DNA of 64,000 nucleotides, taken from Wickerhamiella versatilis. Taxonomy: Eukaryota. Made by a program: the position numbers and the translations under genes. How positions within the stretch are numbered: the first letter of the stretch is position 1; every line of letters begins with the position of its first letter. Shown here piece by piece: positions 22,033 through 32,658 of this stretch. The stretch is from the NCBI GenBank assembly GCA_030867685.1, contig JAQOWU010000007.1, positions 1,488,001-1,552,000 of the forward strand, in the 5' to 3' direction. The notes below the pieces were generated by a model. That model ran no database searches, was not told the DNA's origin, and saw only the letters and a program-made list of their open reading frames with translations.

Positions 22033-23400
22033 TTATACCATCATAAGCAAGAGCATTGCTAATGCCAGGGGTGCATTTTTTCCAGCATTATTCCCAGAAG
22101 TATTTAAAGACCGTTTCGTCTGGGCCATAACTGCATTTCCTGTCAAAGTCTCAATTGAGGCTTTATTATGCGTTGCCGAGTATGCAGAAGCTTTTGGTGC
22201 AGGAATTGCACCAGTGATTTCTTGTATGTCTTCCTCATCAGAATCGTAGCGTGCATCCGCCAGCGCAATTTCGAGACCCTCGAGATCATAAACAGCATAC
22301 ACGCTTCGTAAGAAGCTATCGCCTAATATGTATTGTCCTTCAGAGACTGGTGGTAGAACAGATAAAATACAGATACCTTCACCAGTCTGGATCAGTAACT
22401 CCGACCATGGTACATGTATTTCTATACCACTGAGATTGAAAGATGCCCCACCTGTTGGATTACAATTCTGGCTTATGTATCCCGAAAGGTAGTCGTCGTA
22501 ATATGCACCTATCTCATGGAGCATAGGTGATAGTACGGAATGCGGGAGCATTGTGAATGTGGTGCCGCAATCCAGCAATACCGGAATAGACATCTCCTCT
22601 ATCCACTTGGTGTGTGTCATATTATCACCTTTGTATGTGCCTACTCCATGAAGCATAACGCTGAAATCCAGTGGTTTTGAGACCTTGTGATAGCGGCTCA
22701 CTATTGGTACTTTCTGCAACTCCCCCTTATATTTTTTATGGTCAATTGCACCGAATAGCAGGGATCCCTGAGATGACTTTGCGCGATTTAACCAAAGAGA
22801 GTATGATATTCTTTTTATTATACCTTGCTGCTTCATCTGGACTGGGATATTATCGTAGGTTGGATATACTCGTTTAGCTTTGCGATCCCAATGCGTTGCC
22901 ATGGCTTCAGTAGAGGCCATACCTATCCCAAATACAGACTCAGTTGAATTTGCCAAAGTAGCGAGAGCAAAATTTGCCTTATCGACGGTAACGTTACCAA
23001 TAGAAACTTTGTCTTGACCGTAGTCTCCTTGAGCAAATGTGCTATCGCCATAAAGAATTATAAAGTTACTCCCATTGACACGAAATGTATTTGACTCTTG
23101 GACATTGAACATAAAAGATTCTTCGCATTTGATTTGTTGTTTGCAGTAAGGATTCTGCTGGCTCATGACCCAAAGATCGCTTGAGCCTGTGTCTATTTGG
23201 ACATTAACTGGTTGAGGTGGGCTTCCAAGATGAAGTTTGGCACGATAATAGGCATGTGTATTCTTCAAATTGAGAGCCTCTACTGATCTCTTTTGCTGAG
23301 TATCAGGCCCTGGAGAGCGCTCTATATCCAGGCGGATACTTGCCAGTGTGGTTGTTATAATTGACACAAATACAGCGTAGAACTTCAAGCTACCCATCAT
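22033..23400 (-). CDS. Yapsin/Sap-type aspartic protease, probably GPI-anchored
   Basis: Signal peptide, pro-region ending QQKR, DTGSSDLWV, second active-site motif DCGT, ILGDSFLRS, hydrophobic C-terminus. Confidence 0.92.
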   Translation of the reverse strand: MMGSLKFYAVFVSIITTTLASIRLDIERSPGPDTQQKRSVEALNLKNTHAYYRAKLHLGSPPQPVNVQIDTGSSDLWVMSQQNPYCKQQIKCEESFMFNVQESNTFRVNGSNFIILYGDSTFAQGDYGQDKVSIGNVTVDKANFALATLANSTESVFGIGMASTEAMATHWDRKAKRVYPTYDNIPVQMKQQGIIKRISYSLWLNRAKSSQGSLLFGAIDHKKYKGELQKVPIVSRYHKVSKPLDFSVMLHGVGTYKGDNMTHTKWIEEMSIPVLLDCGTTFTMLPHSVLSPMLHEIGAYYDDYLSGYISQNCNPTGGASFNLSGIEIHVPWSELLIQTGEGICILSVLPPVSEGQYILGDSFLRSVYAVYDLEGLEIALADARYDSDEEDIQEITGAIPAPKASAYSATHNKASIETLTGNAVMAQTKRSLNTSGNNAGKNAPLALAMLLLMMV

Positions 23401-23924
23401 TAGCGAACCAGTCGGTATCAAAGTAACTTAAAGAAGACTCGGTTGCATGACACCATGAGATCCGGTAGAGTTTTGGCTTCCTGCTCAATGCACTAAGCAC
23501 CCAACTTAAAATATTTGGTTGACGCGAATGTACTGAAATTTCTAGTAAATTCCTATCACTCAGTGACCACTTGGTCATGTATCCTCTAAAATTGATACTT
23601 AGTATTTTAATTGAAAATTTGAGAGACAAGATACCATCTATAAAAATTTTTTTTAGAAAAAAAAGGGTTAGTGCACACAAGTTAGCTTGAGCTTACTTTT
23701 GAGGTCAAGCTACTGGAAAACAGGAAGATAATGCGATGGTTAATTAGCTAACTTAGACATGCCATTTTCAAATTATCAAATTCCACACCATACCTTAACT
23801 CCGCTCGGCTACTGCCAAAAGAGGTTTGAAAGAACTATGAACTGATACTCTCTTCAATAAATTTTAATGATAAAAAGTACTTAACTGAACTGGCTTGTCC
23901 TAACGCAATTAATGATTACGTGAA

Positions 23925-25316
23925 ATGTTGGAGGAACTGCTACTTGTGCTAGCGGGGCTTCCAACCTCATTGACCTCTGAGGATCTGCCGCATCCTGCGG
24001 AAAAGCAGATATTGGATATTTCTAATAGGTTTGGAAAGCGGCATATGCAGTTGAAGCTTGCTTGTGAGGCTCGCGATGACCCGTTAAGTGTTACCATTGA
24101 CACCAAGGTCTGTGACGCGTTTATGGAGAAACTTTGTGCTCTAGAGTCTGAAGTAAGCTCTGGAAAAATTCATATTATACGTCTAATAGGAGAAGCAGTA
24201 CAGAAATGGGAACGACGCTTTAACTATGGAATACAAGTCATGGAATTATCTTTGGCAAGTGCGGCCCTGGAATTGCGAAAGCATCAAGAGGAATACAGCG
24301 GATTTTCTGACATATTACCTATCACTGAGTCTTGCATTGTGGCAATCGATTCTGTATGGAAGGAAGATATGGCTAATTTGTTAGTTTGGGGCCAGGGACA
24401 AACGAATAGTAATGTGCTCATGTCTCACCCCTGTATTAATGATTGCAAATCTCTTATCAGTGATATTTATGACTGTTCTGGCCAAATATTAAGCTCGCGA
24501 CGTCTTGTCGATGACCTAAATACTCTCGAACTCTTTGAGCGGAATCATGCAGAATTTAAAGCATTAAAGGTTCCTTTATGCTCAGAGGATATTATGGATA
24601 CACTCTCTAAGATAAGAGGGGAGATGTGGTCATTCGTATTTCGAACAGAACCAATTGAAGACTTATTCTCAGTCCTCAGGAAAATAGTGCTCGTTGGTTC
24701 AGGATCATGGGCAGAATACTTGGGTAATTCCATAGAAAGCCCTCCAAAAGTGCTCCAACTTTATTATGAAGATTTCCATGAAATCCCAGATACAGCAATG
24801 GCACTTGCAGAAGATTGTCTTCAATGGAATGTTGATGACATTTTTACTGAATTGGTATTTGGACAGTCTGAAAGGGGTTTAGCGATAAAGTTGCGATGGC
24901 CACTTAATCTTGCGGTTGATAGTCGCCAGTGCCGAATTTATGGGCACATACATAATGTCCTTAGCTCGCTCGCTGCAGTAAGAGTCAGACTTTTATCGCG
25001 CACTGGTTGGACCCCTTTCATTTACAGAGTATATCTCAATATAATTTGGGGGTGGGTACAAAGTCGGTTTGAGTGGCATTTCGAGAAAATTAAGGCGGTT
25101 TCGATGTCGCATGAGCCTCCGCTAGCAAGAGAGATACACACCGAGACTTTGTCACAACTCGCTGCTGATAGTTTCCTAGGAGAAAAGGCGCTAAGAGAGG
25201 CTCTATATGATCTTCTTAGAGGTGCTTTGGCCTCTGAGTTAGCGGCATTGCATGAGTTCAAGAAGCAACTAGCAACAAATTCTCGATTCGACACACTAGT
25301 TCTTCAACTTCCTTAG
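23925..25316 (+). CDS. Gamma-tubulin complex component, GCP4-like (divergent, 463 aa)
   Basis: MLEELLLVLAGLP...HPAE resembles the GCP4 N-terminus (MIHELLLALSG...HPSE). LRKIVLVGSG and LRWPLNL...Y resemble GRIP2 motifs. Confidence 0.7.
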   Translation: MLEELLLVLAGLPTSLTSEDLPHPAEKQILDISNRFGKRHMQLKLACEARDDPLSVTIDTKVCDAFMEKLCALESEVSSGKIHIIRLIGEAVQKWERRFNYGIQVMELSLASAALELRKHQEEYSGFSDILPITESCIVAIDSVWKEDMANLLVWGQGQTNSNVLMSHPCINDCKSLISDIYDCSGQILSSRRLVDDLNTLELFERNHAEFKALKVPLCSEDIMDTLSKIRGEMWSFVFRTEPIEDLFSVLRKIVLVGSGSWAEYLGNSIESPPKVLQLYYEDFHEIPDTAMALAEDCLQWNVDDIFTELVFGQSERGLAIKLRWPLNLAVDSRQCRIYGHIHNVLSSLAAVRVRLLSRTGWTPFIYRVYLNIIWGWVQSRFEWHFEKIKAVSMSHEPPLAREIHTETLSQLAADSFLGEKALREALYDLLRGALASELAALHEFKKQLATNSRFDTLVLQLP

Positions 25317-25522
25317 TGGAGCAAGCATCTTATCATAGCAGGCCCAAAGTTATATCTGTCATGATTACAGGGAGTTCAGTTAATTGTCATGTTTAAGCAT
25401 TACCTATTCTCAACCCAATTTGCATGTATCATGATACAGATACTGTCGCGGCCACAATCACCCATCTTGATCTTAATTACCTGCTGCAGGCGTTAAAAGT
25501 CTATATATATGAGCTTTTTAAT

Positions 25523-27157
25523 TTATTCAAGGACGCCTTGGTTGGCACTGGCGTCCTGGTTGAGAGAATATTCTTTGATAAATATATTGAGTAGAAGGGC
25601 GAAGGCAGAAAATCCCAAAAATGCCCAAAACACACTCCTCATTGAGTATAAAAGTGCATTTCGGAGTTCAGTCTTTAGGGGTCCATCTCGAAGACTGTTA
25701 ACCTCCTCCACAACCAGAAATGCTGAACTCAAGTTTAATCCGTGAGCATCATCAACATTAAGAAGAGCATCGTGCATTCGACTGGTAAAAATTGCTGCCC
25801 CTACAGCCGTACCCAAAGCATCACCAAAACTTCTGCAGAACGACATGAAGGCTGCCGCATCCGTCCATAACTTTGGTGGATTACTAGCAATCGCTGCAAT
25901 ACTTAATGTGCAATAAAGAGCACCTATTCCTGCTGCAGCTGGGAATTGAATAAATATCATGGCTGGAACATTTGTTTTCTCACTATACAACTGAAACAGT
26001 CCTAATCCTAGAGTCGTGAGAATCCAGCATATCCATGTGACAAACTGATAGTGACCAATTCGAGTTATGAAGACCCCAATTGATGCCGCAGCAGGACCTA
26101 TAGTACCAAGTGGTAGCAGTGATGCGCCAGACACTAGTGATCCATACCCTAAGACCCCTTGAAAATATATTGGTAAGTAGTACGTTGCACCCATGGATAT
26201 CAGCCCCTGAAGAATATTTTGAATAAATGTCAAGGTAGCAGCTAGATTATAGCACACACGGATATTAAAAATGGGATGATGAATAAATCTTTGCTCAACA
26301 TATGCCGTGAAGCATAGACCCGCTACGCCGATTATAAGTGGTACCAGAATATGCCAAGATGACCAGTCATACGTGGAACCACCTAAGGATAAAGCCAGTA
26401 AAAGCGAGGTAGTAAAAGAAATGAAAAAAATTATACCAGAGTAGTCTAACTCACCCAATTGCTGCCTCCAAGTTTTCTGAACTGGTCTTAGATGTAACGA
26501 AAAAGGTACTGCAAATAGTGATACACCACATATGGGTATATTGATGTAAAAAAACCATCTCCAAGTCGAATATTCAGCTACCGCACCACCAATTATAGGC
26601 GAGAGCGCTGCCCCTAGAGCCCAAGCAATGGAGATGGCTCCATAGTAGCTACCTCTGGATCTTAAGGGAATAGCATCCGCTATAAATACTTCAGGCAATA
26701 CAAGTTCCCCCGCAGCTCCAATACCTTGAATCGTTCTACCAGCAACCATTGTAGGCATATTGTGGCTCACACCACATATTAGACTGCCTACTAACACGAA
26801 AGACAAGGAGAAAACAACTAGAGCTTTACGCCCAAAAACATCAGAAAGTTTAGAAATAGGCAGCTGTAATACAACTGCAGCCAATGTATATGCATTACCT
26901 ATCCATTCTGCCTCACTCGTGCTACCCTTCAAACTGTGAATAATGTTTACAAGAATATTACCAGTAGCAGTATAATCCATTGCAGCTTGAAATTGCATAA
27001 CGAGAAAAATTAATAAAGAGGTATAGAACCGCAAACCGGGTTTAAAAGTCTCCTCCTTGTCTTCATTGTTGCCAAAGTCATCGTTAGTTTCTTCCGGTAT
27101 CCGTTGATCTGGATAATCCATTTCACCCGCCCAAAAGAATTGCCGTACGCGACTCAT
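25523..27157 (-). CDS. MFS drug:H+ antiporter, DHA2 (14-TM) type
   Basis: KLSDVFGRK motif A, GRTIQGIG, PIIGGA...WRWFFYINIP, YYLPIYFQ. Confidence 0.93.
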   Translation of the reverse strand: MSRVRQFFWAGEMDYPDQRIPEETNDDFGNNEDKEETFKPGLRFYTSLLIFLVMQFQAAMDYTATGNILVNIIHSLKGSTSEAEWIGNAYTLAAVVLQLPISKLSDVFGRKALVVFSLSFVLVGSLICGVSHNMPTMVAGRTIQGIGAAGELVLPEVFIADAIPLRSRGSYYGAISIAWALGAALSPIIGGAVAEYSTWRWFFYINIPICGVSLFAVPFSLHLRPVQKTWRQQLGELDYSGIIFFISFTTSLLLALSLGGSTYDWSSWHILVPLIIGVAGLCFTAYVEQRFIHHPIFNIRVCYNLAATLTFIQNILQGLISMGATYYLPIYFQGVLGYGSLVSGASLLPLGTIGPAAASIGVFITRIGHYQFVTWICWILTTLGLGLFQLYSEKTNVPAMIFIQFPAAAGIGALYCTLSIAAIASNPPKLWTDAAAFMSFCRSFGDALGTAVGAAIFTSRMHDALLNVDDAHGLNLSSAFLVVEEVNSLRDGPLKTELRNALLYSMRSVFWAFLGFSAFALLLNIFIKEYSLNQDASANQGVLE

Positions 27158-27602
27158 TTTATCGAAACAGTCTCTGTCCGTAAAGAGATCACACTTCTAG
27201 TTTTTTCCTGAAAACAAGGTATATAGTTTCTTCGCTCAGGTTGATTACTAATGAACCAGATAGATTTAACGTAGCACGATTTTTTCTGTCTTTCGATATA
27301 CACTACACAGCTCTACACGTATCCTTTGCTAAGATATCTAAGGATTTGGATGAACTCACTCCTCATTGATAATCACACGTTATTAAAAACACACAGTAGC
27401 ATTAAAAATCACATAATGCTAGTAGCCATACAGCCTATGTGATTACAACTTCGTAGACTCTACAATAGTACTTTCCTCTATAAACTGGGACGGTATCTAC
27501 TTGCCTCAGTCCCTCCCTCCTCTGCTTAGCTAGTCCCTGATCAGGATCATTTACAACTACAAATACCCTTGCCCTTGTTTACATTTCCCTCTTCGACGAA
27601 GC

Positions 27603-29867
27603 ATGAGACAGCCTACCGCTAACGAGGCACCTGTAGGTACTTGTAGGGTCAGAGCGCTGTATTCATGGTCTGGAGAGAGTAAAGATGATCTTGGATTTGT
27701 TGAGGGTGATTTGATCGACGTTCTAAACGTTGGAGACGGCAATTGGTGGACAGGCCGGCTTAAACGCAACAGAGTAGTGGGATTGTTTCCACGTAACTTT
27801 GTGGAATACGTGAATAATGACCAAGAGACAGTGGAAAAACCATCTTCTCTTGTCAGTGACCTTGGGATTTCGGATCCGCTTGGCGCCTCAGGAGGATCCA
27901 CCAAGTCTACTGAGGAAATTTTAAAAGAGGTCTCAAATGAAGTCAATCGCAATTTTCTTGACAATATAGAACTGGATGCTCACCCGGATGACTTAGGTGA
28001 TGTTCTGAAATCCCATGATCCTATGGAGGATGCTCCACCGCCAATTCCTCCACCTCATAGGATCCTTAAGAGCTCACAGAACTCCCGCGAATCAAATATC
28101 GACAAAGACCAATTTTCAGAACTAGGAGTTCAGAAAAGGCAATCCGCATCAACCTCACCTAGTGAGCACGACTCTCAATTATTACAACGAGTAGTCCCAA
28201 GCTCGTCATCGTCTCCTGATCTAGGTGATGTTCCATTCGACCCGCAAGCATTCAAAACCAAGGAGATGCCATCTGCAACCCCTCCCAAGAAAGAGAGCAG
28301 TTTCAAAAAACTTGTAAGACGATCAAGTGTTTCGTTGCAAAGAATGTCTAGTCGATCATCGCGGTCGTCTAAGTCGAGTCACAAAAGTCTGAAAGGAATT
28401 GGTAATAAACTACGCAAATTGAAATTCTGGGATTTCAATCAGGATGATGATGATGATGATATATATCCAACAAATGAGTTGAGTCGATATCGTACGTCTG
28501 AGCCCTCTCCTCAGCAGGATCTATTAGGAGCTCGGCAGTCACTATATCGTACAAAAACTATGACTTCTCGCGAAAAACAATTGCGGTTGCAACGAATGGA
28601 ACTCCAAGGGATTAGTGCTGCTGATCCTATAGCTTTAATACCCAAATTGGAATTTCATGACTTTCGCTTGGAGAATTGGGACCACGTTGACACCCTAGTA
28701 GAAGGTGATAGTTGGCCACGACTCATGACTCCATCAGTATTAGCTTCCTCACGTATTTCACGTCGTTTCAGTGATGAATTTGATAGGATTAGGGCAGTTT
28801 GGATGCTTTGTGCCACGCAAATTTCTTATTCTGCTGAGAGGGCCGGCAATATAATGCAAACATGCAAGGCATCACCATTGGAGCTGGCCAATGTGGTGCA
28901 TGAAATGCTTACAACTCTTGATGTCGAGAACATAGTGGTACAGGGCCATCTACGATATGGAAATCAACACCATGCTTGGAATGCGGTATGCATAGCGGGT
29001 GGAGAGTGGAGATTTCTTGATGCATCAGTGGCATCTCCAACATTTCCCGGAAGTTCCGAATTGAGTGGTTTTTGGTTTCTTGTTCCCCCTCATCAAATGA
29101 TCTGGTCACATCTTCCTACGGATGCTACGCACCAGTTTTTGGAGCCACCACTCCCTACGGCCATGGCTGCTTCATTACCTTTAGCTGATCCTGCTGCATT
29201 TGCACATGGTGTTGAGTTTGTTGGTTTCCACCCTGGTCTTGTTAGACTTATTGACTACGAGACATGTGAGCTGGTCTTGCGTGTTCCTTCTCCAAGCACG
29301 GATCTAGTGGCTAACGTGGTTCTAAGCGGTGCCGAGGGCGACGATGCTGGCGGCTCTGCTCTTGCTCAGTGCTTTCATTGTGATGAGGAAAGATTGTTTC
29401 GTATCAAAGCTGTTCTGAATCCTGGGGTTGAGAAAGCGACTCTTCAAATTTGGGCAGCAGACAGATCAGAAGTACGACGTACACCCTATGAAATGGAGCA
29501 GCTCTACCAAGTAGTACTCCGGCACTCGGGAAGAAATGATCCTTACGAGTTTGTCGCACGGTATGCATCTCCTCGGGCTGTTGATCAGGATATTTATGTA
29601 CAAGAACCACAGTGCCGCCGTCTTGCTGGTGGTGAGACATATAAATTCGTATTTGAACAATTCGCACTTCGCTCATCCCTTGGAGCACTTCATTTGGGCA
29701 TTCAATCGCCTTCAGGTCGCGTGACGCGCCTGGTTCAAAGAGGCACAGGCTCACATGACACCTGGAGGGCTACGGTCAAAACCATGGAAGTGGGAACTTG
29801 GCGCTCGGTTGTATCTGCAGATGATGGTGAGGATTGGGTTTCTTTTGGTGAATGGTTTTGTGCTTAA
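27603..29867 (+). CDS. CYK3: Cytokinesis protein Cyk3 (SH3 plus transglutaminase-like domain)
   Basis: ALYSWSGE...DLGFVEGD...GLFPRNFV SH3, and HHAWNAV...WRFLDAS. Confidence 0.9.
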   Translation: MRQPTANEAPVGTCRVRALYSWSGESKDDLGFVEGDLIDVLNVGDGNWWTGRLKRNRVVGLFPRNFVEYVNNDQETVEKPSSLVSDLGISDPLGASGGSTKSTEEILKEVSNEVNRNFLDNIELDAHPDDLGDVLKSHDPMEDAPPPIPPPHRILKSSQNSRESNIDKDQFSELGVQKRQSASTSPSEHDSQLLQRVVPSSSSSPDLGDVPFDPQAFKTKEMPSATPPKKESSFKKLVRRSSVSLQRMSSRSSRSSKSSHKSLKGIGNKLRKLKFWDFNQDDDDDDIYPTNELSRYRTSEPSPQQDLLGARQSLYRTKTMTSREKQLRLQRMELQGISAADPIALIPKLEFHDFRLENWDHVDTLVEGDSWPRLMTPSVLASSRISRRFSDEFDRIRAVWMLCATQISYSAERAGNIMQTCKASPLELANVVHEMLTTLDVENIVVQGHLRYGNQHHAWNAVCIAGGEWRFLDASVASPTFPGSSELSGFWFLVPPHQMIWSHLPTDATHQFLEPPLPTAMAASLPLADPAAFAHGVEFVGFHPGLVRLIDYETCELVLRVPSPSTDLVANVVLSGAEGDDAGGSALAQCFHCDEERLFRIKAVLNPGVEKATLQIWAADRSEVRRTPYEMEQLYQVVLRHSGRNDPYEFVARYASPRAVDQDIYVQEPQCRRLAGGETYKFVFEQFALRSSLGALHLGIQSPSGRVTRLVQRGTGSHDTWRATVKTMEVGTWRSVVSADDGEDWVSFGEWFCA

Positions 29868-29883
29868 GAACTTTTAAGATAAT

Positions 29884-30819
29884 CTAGCGAAATGGCGCTA
29901 TAGGCAGCAGGCTGAATGGATAGCCGCCGAACTTAATTTTGAACGTCTCCAAAAGAACACTATATAGAATAAGCACTGCTGCAGAAGTGGCAACAGCACC
30001 AATGTTTTGAGCTTGCCTACCCGGCAAGAAGGGAACCTTGGTGAAAAGGCATATCGTCACGAATGCCAAAGCAGCATAAACTGCCGCGATAACTTGTGTC
30101 TCTGACTGAAGCTGGGACCCGAAACCAGGCTCAAAAAGAACAATGCCATGTTCATCCTTGCCCATTGATCTAGGTCGACGCACAAAGTTAAACATGTGGC
30201 CGGCAGTCAGGAAAACCAGGGATACCATCGATAAAGCCACATAAAGCTTCTTTGAACGGATAGCATTGATTAACCGTTGCCTGAAGAACCAACCTCCAAA
30301 GATCAGCGCAGACAATGATACTACTGTCTTGAAGAGCAGATCCCATCGAAATGGCCATATGATCTTTATGTCATATCCTTGACCCTGAATGATAGATGCC
30401 AAGTAGTCAGTAGGGTCGTCCATGCTGTAGAAGGCTATAAACTCATGCTTTCTGTTCAAACCACCTTTTGCATGGGGGTAGTAAATCGCAACATTGGGTA
30501 CCGTGGAGAGTCCCAAAGTCTTAAACGTTTCCCTAGTATTTTGCACATCAGCAACCACGAAATACAAGCCATCACCTTCTGGATGATCGCGGATCCAGTT
30601 CTGGGCAACAAAGCGAAAGCTGGGACCCAGCACGTCACAAAACCCGCATCCAAATTGAGGACTCTCTGCTGTCATCAGCATGACAATAGTATAATCATGC
30701 GGCGTTCCAATAACATCTGATATGATTCTATTGTCTGCATGAATGACACCTTCGCTAGAAATATACCTCGAAGGGTCGGCGAACACGGCGACCAGCCAGC
30801 ACAGCACACCGAGGAACAT
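29884..30819 (-). CDS. Oligosaccharyltransferase Ost3/Ost6 subunit
   Basis: Signal peptide, thioredoxin-like CGFC, GHMFN, Q..ETQ, four TMs, GYPF. Confidence 0.92.
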   Translation of the reverse strand: MFLGVLCWLVAVFADPSRYISSEGVIHADNRIISDVIGTPHDYTIVMLMTAESPQFGCGFCDVLGPSFRFVAQNWIRDHPEGDGLYFVVADVQNTRETFKTLGLSTVPNVAIYYPHAKGGLNRKHEFIAFYSMDDPTDYLASIIQGQGYDIKIIWPFRWDLLFKTVVSLSALIFGGWFFRQRLINAIRSKKLYVALSMVSLVFLTAGHMFNFVRRPRSMGKDEHGIVLFEPGFGSQLQSETQVIAAVYAALAFVTICLFTKVPFLPGRQAQNIGAVATSAAVLILYSVLLETFKIKFGGYPFSLLPIAPFR

Positions 30820-31103
30820 GCTGACTAATTAAACAGATGGGATGGACATTGAAGTACAAGATAGCCGGTATCTATAATGTCTCTTGATTAAACATAGGGC
30901 AAATAAACTTGATTTAGAAATTGTGAGCTATTATATCGCTCCACTGAATTGGACTCATTAAAGACAATAATTACATACTTTCTTTATGCTTTATGTCGTA
31001 TGAACACAGATTTACTCTGAGAAAGTTACTTCTTTATGGTGTTTTTGAAATGCGTTTATTTGAAGAGGGCGAATCGGGGCTGTTATTATAAGATCGGACT
31101 CGT

Positions 31104-31596
31104 TTAACGTGAGATGACTGCACTGGAGGAATGGTCGATATCATAGCCAAATTGTGATAGGTTTAATCTATAGTTCTGACGAATAGTGAACCAGCCCTCT
31201 AGTTCCGCCATTTATTCAATAAGTAATCACTGTACCATGACCACCTCAGTTTTGAGTTCTCGATTATTTTCTTGGGTCCGAGTGATAAACGACTCTCCAT
31301 TCATAATTATTTGGCCTAGCTCCTGAATACTATTCGAAAAGGATTCAATTGTGGATTCTCTTTGAATTATACCTCTATCGGCCATCATTTTCCCCTCCAT
31401 CGTACAGCCATATTAGTTCCTGTTCAACATAGAGAACCTCGTCTTGGTCTACGTACTCTAAAAGGTTTGTTTTTGCAAGTAGTTGGTGAGCCACATCATT
31501 GGCCATTTTGGGGAAAATATGAACAGTGGGTCTATTTATGTTGAACCTTTCTCTCGGTGGGTCCACGCCCATGCCACTACGTAAAGGAACTATCAT
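31104..31596 (-). pseudogene. Possible degraded ORF (73-, 57- and 35-codon pieces linked by one frameshift and two stops)
   Basis: 31596-31375 overlaps a shifted frame 31400-31227, which continues past two stops into 31211-31104. No homology recognised. Confidence 0.25.
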
Positions 31597-31908
31597 AGCC
31601 TAAACCACTTGCAACTGGCCCAAACCGCACTTGGAAAGAAACTATAGCACGGCTCTGTCTTGATTTTTATCTCAATAACCGCAATAAAGTACTTAGGCTT
31701 ACTGCCCTATGTTCAGAGGATGTGTGTGGATAAGCCTCAATTGAGATTCCATGATCAGAAATCCACTCAGTTCTCCAAATTTCTTAAAATGGCTAGATTT
31801 ATCGTCTTTCATTCAGAAACTTAAAAAACACATCATGCTCCATATGACCCTCAGAGATTGCAAGTAACGAGGGAAGCCTTAAATTTGTCAGCTAAGAGAT
31901 CTCTCGTC

Positions 31909-32622
31909 ATGGATGAGTACCATGCATCTTGGCTTTTAAGAAAGCATGTTGGGGAGCTGATGGAGCTTAATGATGCATTAGTCGCGCGTATTGACCAACT
32001 TAAGGAATACATCAAGCGCGCTGGCTTAATGGTGCCGGAACCAGCAGCTGAACCAAGTTTCCGTGCTGATCAAAGTCAGGGAAAGGAAACATCTCTTTAT
32101 AAAACACCCAATTCGAGGCAAAGCGATAAGAAAATGCTCCCTGTGAATTCCATGGAACCGCCAGATACTCAACAACCGCCAGTTCGCTCGCCTGTAAAGT
32201 CCACCCCGCAGAAAAAAACTGCGGACGTGTTTGAGCCTCCTAAGGTTGGTAAGACACCAGAAAAACACAATTCATTTCCACACTCAGGCTTGCCGGCGTT
32301 TCTATCGCGACTTACTTCTAATGACGATGAGGAGGATGAGGATGAGGGCGAGGGCGAGGGCGATATTCCGCGAGGAAACGGGACGGTACTTGATGATGAT
32401 ATACTGAGAACTCCAAGACTGGGCCATAGGAATAGCAGCTTCTCCCAACACAAACAAGAAGTCGAACCCCCTCGGCAAAGAAGGCGACTGCTTAGCAGGG
32501 CGGCTGTCGCTGACCTTACAGATTCCTCAGAGATATATCCTCAAGAGCCAAAAGAACCAAGACGAGTCAATCCTGAGGAAATATCTATTAGAAAAAGTAC
32601 ACAGGCACAGTTTCATGTTTAA
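31909..32622 (+). CDS. Orphan protein: coiled-coil N-terminus plus disordered acidic/Pro region; in frame with the next ORF
   Basis: Long open frame (open from 31825), first ATG at 31909. Confidence 0.55.
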   Translation: MDEYHASWLLRKHVGELMELNDALVARIDQLKEYIKRAGLMVPEPAAEPSFRADQSQGKETSLYKTPNSRQSDKKMLPVNSMEPPDTQQPPVRSPVKSTPQKKTADVFEPPKVGKTPEKHNSFPHSGLPAFLSRLTSNDDEEDEDEGEGEGDIPRGNGTVLDDDILRTPRLGHRNSSFSQHKQEVEPPRQRRRLLSRAAVADLTDSSEIYPQEPKEPRRVNPEEISIRKSTQAQFHV

Positions 32623-32658
32623 GTTTATTTCACCGAACATACCGTTATAGAGGTATAC

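Noticed and set aside
23683..23712. Hairpin TAGCTTGA...TCAAGCTA in the protease-GCP4 spacer
   Set aside because: Single short inverted repeat with no target-site duplication or second copy; no support for a MITE.
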